Source: Trypanosoma brucei
Lineage: Eukaryota
Length of the DNA: 64,000 nucleotides
NCBI GenBank assembly: GCA_000002445.1
Contig: CH464491.1
Span: 192,001-256,000, forward strand
Reading direction: 5' to 3'
Part shown: positions 22,244 to 33,046 of the stretch, in pieces
Numbering within the stretch: position 1 is the first letter of the stretch
How the letters are laid out: each line of letters starts with the position of its first letter
Program-made: the position numbers and the translations under genes
Notes under the pieces: generated by a model
What the model was told of the DNA's origin: nothing
The model's database searches: none
The model's input: only the letters and a program-made list of their open reading frames with translations

Positions 22244-24523
22244 ATGGCAAAACATCCCGGTGAGGGGGAGGGCGAACAGCAAAGGCTGTCAATGGGGGCA
22301 AAGCGGAGCACTCATGCCCAGTCGCCGTCACAGCCACCGGACGCGACGGCGGCACCAATCGAAATTCTGGATGCGTCGAAGCCCTTACCCGGCGATAGCA
22401 GTGACTGCAGACCTGGAAGTTCTGAGACCATTATAGTTTTCCCACCTCCAAGTATTTTTAAGCGTGTGGGCAGCACGCAACGCCCATTGCGGGGCGACAC
22501 AAAACCTCATGCCTCTGGGACTGCTGTGTCTTTCGACGAAAAGACCACCTCCCGGGAACCCATAAGCCACCAAACAAAAGTCAATCCTCCTCCATCCATA
22601 AATGTGCACCGTGTGCCCACCGGTGGGCAACCAGTACCGGCTGGCCCAAGGCAAGTGAATGAGGTGCCACCGAAAATGGATGATGACGCGGCGGACACCG
22701 CGTCGACGCCTGAACCTGACGACGAACATCTAAGAAGTCTTACAGTGGACGTGATGTCTCCCATAATTTCGGAGGAGGGAGAAGCTAAGGGCACTGTCAC
22801 CTGTCCGGTGGACGCTATTTGTGAGCAAGTTGACAATTTGTCCTCAGACGGTGACAAAGCTGATATAGCATTTGTATTGTATTCTCAGTACCTTAAAGAT
22901 TATGAACGAAAGCCATCGTTTACCGCAGATACATGGGATGAAATCAAGTACGTGGGCGATAGCGGAAGGCGGTTTGGTGTCCTGTACGATGAGGAGCGGG
23001 GCGCTGTTCAACTTATTTTATTCGGGAAATGTTATCGAATCTTCATCCTCTCTTTCCTGTTGAGGTTTATATGTCTAATACTTTTCTGGGCGGTTATGTA
23101 CATGTTGGCGTCTCGTAGCAAATTTTCGCCTGGTGGCTTGTACTTTGACACGTTATGCACTATTTTATTTGCCGGTGTGGTTGGTTCGATCATATCTAGA
23201 GTGACGCGTGTCCCCTCAGTTGCTTGCGCAGTCCTAGCGGCTGCTTTATACAACAACATTCCTCCCACAGGCAGCCTTACGGCAGGCACATCTTTGGATA
23301 TGAGGGGCGTAATTAGTTTGTTTGGGCTCACCGTCGGTATGATTAGGGGCGGGTTGGCATTAAATCTCAGGGCTTTAAAAGCCAACTTTTTCCGGTATTT
23401 GTGCTTCAGCGTTGTGCCAATGGTGGCCGAGGCTTTTGCGCACGGTTTTCTCGCAAAGATCCTGTTTCGTTACCCGACTACTACTTGGGCGTTGTTGCAC
23501 GGGTTTATTGTCACGGCTAATGCTCCAGGTATCATTATACCCGCCTTGATTGAACTTCAAAGAAAGGGATATGGTACCCGAGGCGGTCCCGGTGTGATGA
23601 TACTCATCTCTGTTTCTGTTGAGGCCACCTTCTGTGTTTGGACCATCCAGCTGTTGTTGGCAATCCAGTTCAACACCATGGGTCTTCTTCTTGCGGGGTT
23701 GCTTGGACCTATACAGATAATAGTGGGACTTGTGGTTGGGGTTGGGCTGGGGTACGCATTTTACTTCGTTGTATTTGATATTCTGTATAAGGAGGGACAG
23801 CGTGTGCCGCTCCGGGAGTCAACCATCCTTTACGCAACGCAGCGTCACCTGTCACACGTTAGACTCACATCATGCTTCATTGTCATGCTCGTTTCCATGG
23901 TTTGCACTTCCGTTGGCCGCATGGTGTCTTGTATTGGTGGGGCTGCTGTGATTATTGTAACAATGCTGGCCTTGTTTAGTCATTGGTGCGACGTCGCTAG
24001 CAAAATGGAGCACCTTACCGCTAAGGGTGACGTATTGGTATTCTTCCGTGTGCTGTGGGATTACGTTGCCATGCCTGCTCTGTTTGCAATGGCCGGTGCC
24101 AGTGTTAATTTCTCAGAGGTTTTCAGTGGGGATTTCTTTGCTCCTGGAATTGCGTGTGTGCTTGCTGGGCTCGTGGTGCGCTGCCTCTCTTCAATGATCA
24201 CACCGCTGCTTCTTCGCATGCCCTTCACATGGCGGGAGCTCGTTTTCTGTGGCATTGGATCCCTTGGTAAGGGGCCCATGCAGGCAGCTTTTGGCGCGGT
24301 CCCACTCATGTTTTTGCAAACTATGGGCGCAAATAGCGGGAACAGCACTGGCACAGCAGATGATTTCTCAGCCGATGATGATATTAAACACGCCCAAACT
24401 CTCAAAAATAGTGCCGTGCTTTCGATGCTTGTGGCTTGCCCTCTCTGCTCTATCCTGCTGGGGGTACTGGCTCAGAAGCTGTTGCGGCGTGACGCCCCCA
24501 GTGTTCCAGCTGCTGCAAAGTAA
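22244..24523 (+). CDS. Polytopic membrane transporter, cation/proton antiporter (CPA/NhaP)-like, with N-terminal hydrophilic extension
   Basis: The track start 22067 lies in pyrimidine-rich sequence; the first plausible ATG is 22244 (MAKHPGEGEG…). The C-terminal ~500 aa has more than 10 hydrophobic helices (…FAHGFLAKILFRYPTTTWALLHGFIVTANAPGIIIPALIELQ…). The family call is tentative. Confidence 0.55.
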   Translation: MAKHPGEGEGEQQRLSMGAKRSTHAQSPSQPPDATAAPIEILDASKPLPGDSSDCRPGSSETIIVFPPPSIFKRVGSTQRPLRGDTKPHASGTAVSFDEKTTSREPISHQTKVNPPPSINVHRVPTGGQPVPAGPRQVNEVPPKMDDDAADTASTPEPDDEHLRSLTVDVMSPIISEEGEAKGTVTCPVDAICEQVDNLSSDGDKADIAFVLYSQYLKDYERKPSFTADTWDEIKYVGDSGRRFGVLYDEERGAVQLILFGKCYRIFILSFLLRFICLILFWAVMYMLASRSKFSPGGLYFDTLCTILFAGVVGSIISRVTRVPSVACAVLAAALYNNIPPTGSLTAGTSLDMRGVISLFGLTVGMIRGGLALNLRALKANFFRYLCFSVVPMVAEAFAHGFLAKILFRYPTTTWALLHGFIVTANAPGIIIPALIELQRKGYGTRGGPGVMILISVSVEATFCVWTIQLLLAIQFNTMGLLLAGLLGPIQIIVGLVVGVGLGYAFYFVVFDILYKEGQRVPLRESTILYATQRHLSHVRLTSCFIVMLVSMVCTSVGRMVSCIGGAAVIIVTMLALFSHWCDVASKMEHLTAKGDVLVFFRVLWDYVAMPALFAMAGASVNFSEVFSGDFFAPGIACVLAGLVVRCLSSMITPLLLRMPFTWRELVFCGIGSLGKGPMQAAFGAVPLMFLQTMGANSGNSTGTADDFSADDDIKHAQTLKNSAVLSMLVACPLCSILLGVLAQKLLRRDAPSVPAAAK

Positions 24524-25048
24524 AGGGCAGCGGAAATAAATTTGCAAGCAAACGCAAAGAAGGTTATTTTTGACTTTGGATGGCTGAGGCTGTTTGGGGA
24601 GGTCGGCGTGCGAATGCGGAGGAGCGAAAACTCGTGACTCCGCGGCAGCCGGCATGTATGAATACCGATTTGCAGGCTTGCAGACGCGCGTATGCAATAG
24701 CTCGCGGATCTCATCAGTATGTGTGTGTACGAACAGGGCTTAACGGTTGGACTTGTCATACATAATAATCTGTCTTTCTCTTTGCTATCCATAAATTTGG
24801 ATATGCTTGTGGTTTATTAACACCGTGAGGAATGAGGAAGATGCGGCTACACTTTGGTGAATGGGGAAGAGGTTCCCATCTCCTTCTCCTCCTTTTTCTT
24901 TTCTCCCTTCTCCCCCTCCCAACTTCCAACTCCGGATGGGCAGTGCCTTCATAAAGGCACACGTGTACGTATGTACGAGGTTCCCCCTCCCCTGTGAGGA
25001 GCAACGTCACTTGGGCTTAAACGATGTATGCCCATGTGATGTGGTACT

Positions 25049-25498
25049 TATATATATATATATATATATGATGGCGTGTTTTCCTTTTCACTCAGCTCTT
25101 GTTGGTGTTGTTATTATTATTACTAATATTAATATTTTTGTAAAACTAATTACTCAGTTTCACTTGTTAATGAGGACGGTGTGGTTTCGTAATAATACTT
25201 GTAATGTTTCGCTCCGACATCGATGGGACGAACTTTACGTGTCTGTGTGCACAAATACACGTATAAATAAGAAGTTGTAGTAATATATATATATATATAT
25301 ATGTGGATGGAGCGGGCATTGCCGCCTTGCGGGAGGTAATGAGCAGAAACGTGAAGGGGGTGCATGTGCCATTTAACATTAGAGGTGTTTATGTTTTTTT
25401 TTTTTAGTAGAGAGGAATCAATCCCCAAGGGGATATGGTATGCTGAAAGGGTTTAAAGGAAGATATTTAACTAATATATATATATATATATATATATA
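25049..25498. repeat. Three (TA)10-12 microsatellites within 450 bp (25049-25069, 25283-25302, 25474-25498)
   Basis: Direct reading of the intergenic region between the transporter gene and BUD32. Confidence 0.9.
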
Positions 25499-26104
25499 GA
25501 TCATAAGAGTATGTAAGTGTGCCTAAATGGAGGGGATGTATAGCATCGATAATACGCGTTTACATTTGTGCTAAGGGGGAAGGGGGCGAAAAGGCGGGAA
25601 TGATACCATAAAAATTACGGACCGGTGCGTGTTCGGTTTCTCGGGTTCATCGGCTTCCTTCTAGGAAAATGATTGAAAACAGACGAATTCGGCTTGTGCG
25701 TGTCGTGCCTACAGCCATTTTGTGCCGTCGCTGTTTTTCGCCTTTTTTTTTTTGTGCCATACCGCTCTACTCCGGTCTGCCTTCGTTTTTTTGTCGAAAA
25801 TAAGTAGTATTTTAGCGGATTTGATTATTATTTTTGCTGCTTTCTTTTTTTTTTCCACTTCAACACATGGCGTCCCTTATGCCCGTTATTAATATTATTT
25901 CCCTTTTTTTTTCAGCACTATTACTTCTTACGGCTGTCACCATGTGGTTTGATGATCGCTGTGGTACGTTTCAATCGCATTGGGTCTCAGCTTTCCTTTT
26001 CTTCCATTTTTATTTACTTCTCTTCCCCGCCTTCTCACCTTCCTCTCAAATAGTTTTGGCTTTGCTGTTGAAGTGGGGAGTCACGGGTAAGCCGGTGGTG
26101 GTTG

Positions 26105-26845
26105 ATGAATACGCACGCGGCCGCTGTTACGGTTGGGTCGGTGCTGTTTCAATGCGCCGAGTCACGTGTGTATGAATGCGATTTCTACAGTCACCCTGCC
26201 GTATGCAAATATCGGCTTCCAAAGCCTTACAGGCACCCTACATTGGATAAAAGGCTTCGTGAGCAGCGCTCTGTGCGTGAGGCAAGGGCATTGGTGAGAT
26301 GTCAAAAGCAAGGGATCGCGGTGCCAGCGGTGTATGCCATCGACCGTGAGAGTTGCGCCATCGTAATGGAACGAATTATTGGGATGAGTGTACGGGACGT
26401 GCTTAATGAGGCGCAGCGGCCGTTGGAGGGCGCAGTGTCACCGGTGGCCGCCCGCCTGTTGGAAGGGATGGGTGAAGTGGTGGGGCTTCTGCACAATGCT
26501 CATATAATCCACGGGGATCTTACAACCTCAAACTTCATGTACCGAACAGCAACTGTGGCGGAGGGGAAGGCTGATAGTGCAGCATGTGGAGCCGCTCCAC
26601 GTGATCGTCTCGTCGTGTTGGACTTTGGTTTAGTGATGGACAAAAATAGTGCGGAAGAGCGTGCAGTCGACTTGTATGTTCTTGAGCGGGCCATTAAATC
26701 GTCGCACCCGTCGCTCGAAGGCGTGGCTTCAGCGTTTATCTTAAACGGCTACCGTCGTACTGCAGATCCACATCAAGTGGAAGCGACTATCACACGTCTT
26801 GGGGCTGTGCGGGCGCGTGGTCGCAAGCGTAGTATGGTGGGATAG
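26105..26845 (+). CDS. BUD32: Bud32/PRPK (TP53RK) atypical protein kinase, KEOPS complex subunit
   Basis: At 246 aa it has the size of Bud32. Motifs seen: …ESRVYECDF…, catalytic IIHGDLTTSNFMY, VLDFGL, and C-terminal …DLYVLERA… typical of the Bud32/RIO-like family. The track start 26102 is TTG; the ATG is at 26105. Confidence 0.75.
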   Translation: MNTHAAAVTVGSVLFQCAESRVYECDFYSHPAVCKYRLPKPYRHPTLDKRLREQRSVREARALVRCQKQGIAVPAVYAIDRESCAIVMERIIGMSVRDVLNEAQRPLEGAVSPVAARLLEGMGEVVGLLHNAHIIHGDLTTSNFMYRTATVAEGKADSAACGAAPRDRLVVLDFGLVMDKNSAEERAVDLYVLERAIKSSHPSLEGVASAFILNGYRRTADPHQVEATITRLGAVRARGRKRSMVG

Positions 26846-27297
26846 GCAATAATAGCATTTACTTGTCGTTGGCGGTGACACTCCCCTTTTTTCTCTTCAC
26901 TATTTTTGCGTTTCGTTTTTCCCACTTGGTTTACTTGTCAGGACCGATGGTGCCGTATGGGTCGCCCTTTTTACTTGGGCGGCGTTCGCATCGATGTGTG
27001 CTTCCGTATTTGCACGATGTTGAAGGGACGTGTCCGCTTCATATCTCTGCTTAATATTTGATTTACCTCTTCGACGCGGTTCCGCAGGCGGCACTACGCT
27101 CTACTTCCTGAGCTTGTTGATTATCTTCTTTTTTTACCCTTCGTAAACTTGGTGTAGGCGCTGCGGCACCCCGCAACCGCAGTTAACATTGGATTCGAAG
27201 ACGTCCCAAATACAATAGGGAGGCTTGGCAGAAAAGAAGAAAAGGGAGTTAAGGAGGATAGGCTTCTTCACTTCGATATAGAACACCATAGAAGCAA

Positions 27298-30144
27298 ATG
27301 CACGCTGGCACTCCAACGACGCGAGCCGCAACCCCCGTGCATTCGAAACATCAGCCACTGTTGATGCCAGCTAGAAAGAGAGCCTTGTCGCCCATACCTC
27401 AAAGGCTGCAGCAACGCCCCTCATTCGGTGTCGCCTCACCGAAACGAAACATGTTGTTTCAACGAGTTAAAGCACAAGATGAGGCGAGCGTATCGCTTCC
27501 TGATGAAACTATTCGAGAGCTTCGCAATACCCGAAGCCTATTTCTATGCTGCCGGAACCTTTTATCGTTCGGTCACATACAGTATCTGGAGCACATGACA
27601 AACCTTTCCTCACTGAATGTTCACATGAATGCCATCTCACGTTTGGAGTGTCTGTTTAATCTGCGAAACCTCGCTGAGCTCGACGTTAGTGCGAATGAAT
27701 TGCGTGACGTTGATGAAGGTGCGTTTGTGGGCCTTTGTAAACTCAGGCGTCTCAATCTTTCCAGCAACTTTCTCACTTCGCTGAGCGGTTTCAAGCACCT
27801 TCCCGCCCTAGAATGGTTGTCCGTCAGCTTCAATGAATTGGAAGATCTTGGAGAAGTGCAGCAGCTTCCGTGCCCACAGAAGTTAGTCTACCTCGACGTC
27901 TGCGGGAACAAAATCCCCTCCGTTGCCAACCTAGTGAAACCACTGGGAAAGTGTTGCGACCTGGCGGAACTCCGTGTAGAGGTTCCACGAGCCGCTCTTC
28001 TTCTTCCCACGACGCCACCCCAACTGCAGCTACGGGAGAATCCATTCTGTGCAACTGAGTCAAATTATGTGGAGCGCATTCTTGCAAAATTCAAGAGACT
28101 GAAAGTACTAAACGGCGTGCCATGCGGCTGTGATCTCACTGAGGATTTGCATGTATCATCCTATAGCGCTGCTGCGAGTGAAGGACCGTTAACCAAAGAC
28201 AATGGAATTAGTGTACGCGAGTGCAAGTTACACCCAATAACCGCTGCAGATTCTCGCGATACAGCGTCGAGGGGTGAGTTGCGCGATGCAGGACACTGTC
28301 GGAAGGAGGTGGTAGGGGCTGCAGATACCAGCGGTGTTGCTGGTAACGAAGTGAGAAACAGCAACGACTGCGATGGTTCTGGAAGTTTTCTCAACGTCGT
28401 AGAGATTACCTCTTCATCAGAGGGCCTAACCTCCCCGGTGTGTGTCTCTCGGGGTGTTACCACCGACTTGTCGGTGCCCCCCCATAGGGTTATGCACCTT
28501 TCAAGTACGGATGACGTTGCCGCGCAAAAGGTTCTGGAAGATGATAACGCACACCTCAAGTTGAGTCTTAGGAGGTTGCAGGAACAATTGTCATTGCGCA
28601 TGGCACTTGAGGAGGATCTGCGTCGTAGTCTCGAGGAGGCTCGTCGCAACCATGCGTCCCTAGTTGAATCTTCCGAAGTTGAGTCCAAGCGGTTCGGTCG
28701 GCAAATCGATGCACTGAAGGATGAATTGTCGCGGCGTGCTCAAGAATCCGGTGTGCTGGAGCGGCAGCACCGTGCCAACCTTGAGAAGCAAATGAAGAAC
28801 CACAAAGCCGCTATGCGGGAGTTACGCCAACGAGAAGCTGTTCGGGCTGCCCAAGATCTGGAGGAAAAGCTTTCGCAGGTCCACAAAGAGGCTGATAAGC
28901 GGTCGGCTGAATTACAGGAGAGAGTTGATAGCACTCTCAAACAGAATGAGTGGCTGCAAAAAATGAACGTGCAGATCGAGGAGCGTGTGAAACAGCTTCA
29001 GGCCGAGTTTCTGTTGTGTGAGCAATCTGCCAAGCTTTGCGAAAAGCGTTACCTACTAATGTTGGAAGAATGTTCCTCTCGTCATGCGGTTGAAGTGGCT
29101 GCGCTTAACGCACTTGTGTCTAGTGGTGCGGCATACCTGCATCTGTGGCAACACCACGGGCGAATGCTGTTGGTGTCCCACAGCAACAACCAGCAGGAGT
29201 GGAAAGAATATACGAGTAAGCTGAAGAAGCACTACGAAGGGATAGTCACGCAGCTTCATGCCGCGCAGGCCGCACGAGGCACACGTTTCGACGTTGCTTG
29301 TGACCCTATCGTAGTCAGCAACGAGAACCTTCGCATGGACGAAGAAGTGCCCAAGCTACAGGAGGCCCTGTCCCTTGCACGTGAATCTGAACAATTGGTG
29401 TCCCGTGAGAATGTACGGTTGCTTTCGTGTGTGGCGGCGATGGAAAAAGAGTTGGCTGATTCGGTAAAGTTGCTGCAGGAGCATCAAGCGGCTGCCCGTT
29501 CCGCGCAAGATGAGTTTACCCGGGAGCGTGATAACCTTCTTCGCACACTACACAATCTACGGGACACAATTCGTAAGAAAGATACAGCATACGACGAGCT
29601 GGAAGCTGAAGCGGAAGCCAAGATCGATGAAAAGAGGGCCATCATCGCCAAACTGGAGGCTCGGCTTGAAGAAGCCAGGGAGTCGGCGGAATGTCAGCGG
29701 GAGGAGGCGGCGAAACTTCTTCGTGTGGAGGAGGAGCTGCGGCGTGTCAAAGCTGAGTTCAGTGCAATCGAAAAGGATGCTTCACTACAAACTACTACCC
29801 AGCAGCCTCAGCTCAAGGAGTTGATGGATGCGCTCGACGACAGCAAGCGGAAACTGGCCACTTTGACTGCTCGTGAACATCAACAGTCTGTGAAGCTCGC
29901 GCGTGCAGCGGAAGCCCTAATGCTCGTTCGTAGGCAACTCGTACGGTTGGATGAGGTAAACACTTCTTTAACCAATGAACTTAGTGAACGTGAGGCTGCT
30001 TTGCGCGCAGCAACAACTGAAAATAGACACCTTCAACAGCAGTTGCAAGAGATACAGGAGACTGAGCGAGCCCGGCACCGAGCAGCTTTGCAAACCCTAT
30101 CCCAATTGATGGTGGGGGGTATTGAAGGTGCAACAAGGGCCTAG
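27298..30144 (+). CDS. Leucine-rich-repeat plus long coiled-coil protein (centrosome/flagellum-type architecture)
   Basis: ATG at 27298. Residues ~80-230 form LRRs (…LSSLNVHMNAISRLECLFNLRNLAELDVSANELRDV…LNLSSNFLTSLSGFKHLPALEWLSVSFNELEDLGEV…). The C-terminal 500 aa is a heptad-rich coiled coil (…LQERVDSTLKQNEWLQKMNVQIEERVKQLQAEF…). Confidence 0.7.
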   Translation: MHAGTPTTRAATPVHSKHQPLLMPARKRALSPIPQRLQQRPSFGVASPKRNMLFQRVKAQDEASVSLPDETIRELRNTRSLFLCCRNLLSFGHIQYLEHMTNLSSLNVHMNAISRLECLFNLRNLAELDVSANELRDVDEGAFVGLCKLRRLNLSSNFLTSLSGFKHLPALEWLSVSFNELEDLGEVQQLPCPQKLVYLDVCGNKIPSVANLVKPLGKCCDLAELRVEVPRAALLLPTTPPQLQLRENPFCATESNYVERILAKFKRLKVLNGVPCGCDLTEDLHVSSYSAAASEGPLTKDNGISVRECKLHPITAADSRDTASRGELRDAGHCRKEVVGAADTSGVAGNEVRNSNDCDGSGSFLNVVEITSSSEGLTSPVCVSRGVTTDLSVPPHRVMHLSSTDDVAAQKVLEDDNAHLKLSLRRLQEQLSLRMALEEDLRRSLEEARRNHASLVESSEVESKRFGRQIDALKDELSRRAQESGVLERQHRANLEKQMKNHKAAMRELRQREAVRAAQDLEEKLSQVHKEADKRSAELQERVDSTLKQNEWLQKMNVQIEERVKQLQAEFLLCEQSAKLCEKRYLLMLEECSSRHAVEVAALNALVSSGAAYLHLWQHHGRMLLVSHSNNQQEWKEYTSKLKKHYEGIVTQLHAAQAARGTRFDVACDPIVVSNENLRMDEEVPKLQEALSLARESEQLVSRENVRLLSCVAAMEKELADSVKLLQEHQAAARSAQDEFTRERDNLLRTLHNLRDTIRKKDTAYDELEAEAEAKIDEKRAIIAKLEARLEEARESAECQREEAAKLLRVEEELRRVKAEFSAIEKDASLQTTTQQPQLKELMDALDDSKRKLATLTAREHQQSVKLARAAEALMLVRRQLVRLDEVNTSLTNELSEREAALRAATTENRHLQQQLQEIQETERARHRAALQTLSQLMVGGIEGATRA

Positions 30145-30726
30145 TCGTCATCTTTTTTTTTTTTTTTGGGAGGGGAGCACGGCACGCTTGAACATGAATT
30201 ACCTCTAGTGCGTTGCGGGACAAGTGGGCGCGCTTATGAGAATCGCATTCCTCCATCCGGCCATATAAGCGCCCTAACGCAACCGTAACCAACGACAAAC
30301 GGGTATGTTGGGGAACTGTTTTCACGAGGCGACCGGCTACATGGTTCTGCGGTAATGGAGTTTGGGGGGAGGGGATTGCACATTGTATGTTGAAGTAGCT
30401 TTTCTTTTGGGCCCTGTTGCAGACAGCGCCAGAAAAGTGAAGGGATGGGCATGTTTTTTGCAGGATTATTTTACAAAACAAAGAGAGACAGGAAGTGGTG
30501 TGCGAAGGTTAGCGTCAATTGGGTAAGTTTCCTGTATTTGCTTTCCATTGTTATTGTAACTCAGCACCCTTTGAATTTTTTTTGTTTTAGTCTTTGTGGT
30601 CTGCAGGTTCAAGGAGCGAAGGAAGGAAGGAAGGAAGTTCGCTGTGAGGAGTTGGTAACCCTATAGGCCAACCACGAGGGAAAGAAGGGGAAGGAATTGT
30701 TAAGTGTGTGGCTTTGTAGGGGGTAG

Positions 30727-31467
30727 ATGGTGGTTAGTCTGAGGAGGTTTCACTCATATGCCAATAGCAGTAGGGGCGGTGCCACCACGTGCTTGATTAC
30801 GGGAGGGGGGAAGGGGCATTTTGCTCTAACTGTGTCAACCCGTGGTCGCTTTTATCGTCCGTTGGTGGACGACGGAATTAATTTGTGGCGTCGGCGCATG
30901 GGTCGAATCCACAAGGGTTGGAGGACATGGGAATACCAGCACACACGACCTGATCCACGGCCTTTCCCAGATCCACCGGTGAATGATTACTTTGGTCGGA
31001 GCCGCATTTGGAACCCGATTGCATGCAAGTTAGGCTACGTAAGGAAGAAGGCTGATGAATGGGGTTGGCCCAACAAGCCACCGCCGCCGACTGGGTTGAG
31101 GCACTCGCAAGAGTTTTTCCCTTTCTTTTTTGAGAGGTATTTTCCGGATGCGGAGGTCCGTTTGTTGCTTGATAGTGTCCTAAACAACGAAACAAAGCGG
31201 CCTGTTTTTCAGATTCCGTGCAGCATGTCCAAGGTAGAACTTGTCAACTACCTCAAAAACATTTACGGTATAGACAACGTTGTTCGCGTAGAGGTGCGGA
31301 ATCGACGTGGTCGCCGATACAAGAACGAAGTGGGTGAGATCAAGATGATGGACGACTACAAAGTCGCCGTCGTGGAGCTTGACACACCGGTTTCTGTTGA
31401 GCTGAAGCAAATAAAGGGAACGGAGGACACGTCCGATAATAGGCCCCAGGAACGAATCACTCAATGA
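30727..31467 (+). CDS. Ribosomal protein uL23 (L23/L25 family)-like protein, probably mitoribosomal
   Basis: The C-terminal part (…PVFQIPCSMSKVELVNYLKNIYGIDNVVRVEVRNRRGRRYKNEVGEIKMMDDYKVAVVEL…) resembles the bacterial L23 core (…KAEIKAAVQKLF.VEV..V.T......). The long basic N-terminal extension is typical of organellar ribosomal proteins. The start is uncertain. Confidence 0.45.
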   Translation: MVVSLRRFHSYANSSRGGATTCLITGGGKGHFALTVSTRGRFYRPLVDDGINLWRRRMGRIHKGWRTWEYQHTRPDPRPFPDPPVNDYFGRSRIWNPIACKLGYVRKKADEWGWPNKPPPPTGLRHSQEFFPFFFERYFPDAEVRLLLDSVLNNETKRPVFQIPCSMSKVELVNYLKNIYGIDNVVRVEVRNRRGRRYKNEVGEIKMMDDYKVAVVELDTPVSVELKQIKGTEDTSDNRPQERITQ

Positions 31468-32344
31468 GGGGGGTTTCTGGAGGCAGCGTGAAGTGAGAAG
31501 GAAGGGAGGGAGCTGGGGTAGCTGACGTTTATTTATTGGTTGCACGTGAGTTTGATGCCAAGCAGCGTGCATCTTTTTTTTTTCTTTCTTGTATTAGTTG
31601 CGAGCAGAAGGAGTGGGCCGCGACAGCACTAACCCATTTGGTTCAACTCCTTGTTTTTCAAATACTGCAGTCATTTCCATTTTTTCTCTTGTCGCACGTC
31701 GATGGGATCACATTTCAATCGGCACTACTATTCACCCGTCCCACAATGTTCTTTTGGTAGTGTTTCGCAACCATATATGCGGGTTGTAACTCTAAGTTGG
31801 TGAGGTCTTGCAGAGGGATGTGGAGTACTGCTATTGATAAAGGTTACGGGGTGTGGCGAATAACAAGGCTTACTGATATGATATTTTCTCTTCGTACTTC
31901 GGGTCCTCCGTCGGGTGTGTCCGTGTGACAGGAACCCATATGCGTCGCGTGTCGTATTTTTCTTCTGCATCCTTTGTTGTCGATGGGCGTCAACTCGTGG
32001 AGGAGCGGCTGCACCAGGATCGTTGCTAATTTAGTTGGATGTGGAGGTAACCGGTGGAAATTTGGTGCAATTGTGTTCCTGGTGGCGAGTGCGCTGTTGA
32101 ACTGAATTGCGGTCACGACATTAGGGGATTGTGATCCCAAGCAAGGTTGGTACGTTTCCACCTTTCTTGTTTACGTACTTCCCCCGTTTCTCTTTTGGAC
32201 GTTACGTTTTTTTTTTTTCGACTGACCGGTGTTACTTTGTTTTATGCCAAGCTACACGTATGGGGGACTTCTTTTTTCCCCTGTATTGTGCTCTACTGCG
32301 CGTGCAGCTAGCATGTGTCACCCGTATGTCTGCACCTCTTTGCA

Positions 32345-32470
32345 CTACGCCACTGCTCTTTTACTTACCTTGCCGTCACTCAACTCTTCTTTACCCCCTT
32401 TTTTTTTCTTTATTGCTTTCCTTCCTTCGCTGCGCCTGCGCACTTCTTCTTGTGTTTCATATTTACGGAA
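32345..32470 (+). promoter_or_regulatory. Polypyrimidine tract(s) plus AG upstream of cyclophilin A (putative trans-splice acceptor region)
   Basis: …ctcttctttaccccctttttttttctttattgctttccttccttcgctgcgcc… followed by AG sites before ATG 32513. Confidence 0.5.
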
Positions 32471-32512
32471 GTTGTCGTTGAAACCACCTATACCTATACT
32501 ATTTCGCATAAG

Positions 32513-33046
32513 ATGTCATACAGGCCCCACCACGCAACTGTACCCACCAATCCCAAGGTGTACTTTGATGTGAGCATTGCAGGTCAGGCAGCCGGCCGCA
32601 TCACCTTTGAGCTCTTCGCTGACGCCGTACCAAAGACGGCGGAGAACTTCCGTGCGTTATGCACTGGTGAGAAGGGCTTCGGGTACGCCGGCAGCGGCTT
32701 TCATCGCATCATTCCGCAATTCATGTGCCAAGGTGGTGACTTCACTCGCCACAATGGCACAGGCGGCAAGTCCATCTATGGTGAAAAGTTCCCCGATGAA
32801 AGCTTCGCCGGAAAGGCGGGTAAACACTTCGGCGCTGGCACGCTTTCCATGGCCAACGCTGGCCCCAACACGAACGGTTCCCAGTTCTTCATTTGCACGG
32901 CTCCCACTCAGTGGCTTGACGGCAAACACGTCGTCTTCGGTCAGGTGCTTGAAGGCATGGACGTCGTCAAGGCAATGGAAGCTGTCGGCTCGCAAGGGGG
33001 AAGCACAAGCAAGCCCGTCAAGATTGACTCGTGCGGCCAACTATAA
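32513..33046 (+). CDS. CYPA: Cyclophilin A, peptidyl-prolyl cis-trans isomerase
   Basis: A 177-aa product [58 protein letters not shown]…[14 protein letters not shown]… reads as a canonical cyclophilin A. The track ORF start 32315 lies in the upstream pyrimidine tract; ATG 32513 follows a poly-Y plus AG. Confidence 0.95.
   Translation: MSYRPHHATVPTNPKVYFDVSIAGQAAGRITFELFADAVPKTAENFRALCTGEKGFGYAGSGFHRIIPQFMCQGGDFTRHNGTGGKSIYGEKFPDESFAGKAGKHFGAGTLSMANAGPNTNGSQFFICTAPTQWLDGKHVVFGQVLEGMDVVKAMEAVGSQGGSTSKPVKIDSCGQL

Noticed and set aside
32315-32512. 5' extension of the cyclophilin ORF given in the ORF track (starts 32315)
   Set aside because: The extra 66 codons are pyrimidine-rich, spacer-like sequence ([14 protein letters not shown]…). 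Canonical cyclophilin A begins at MSYRPHH (ATG 32513) right after a poly-Y plus AG.
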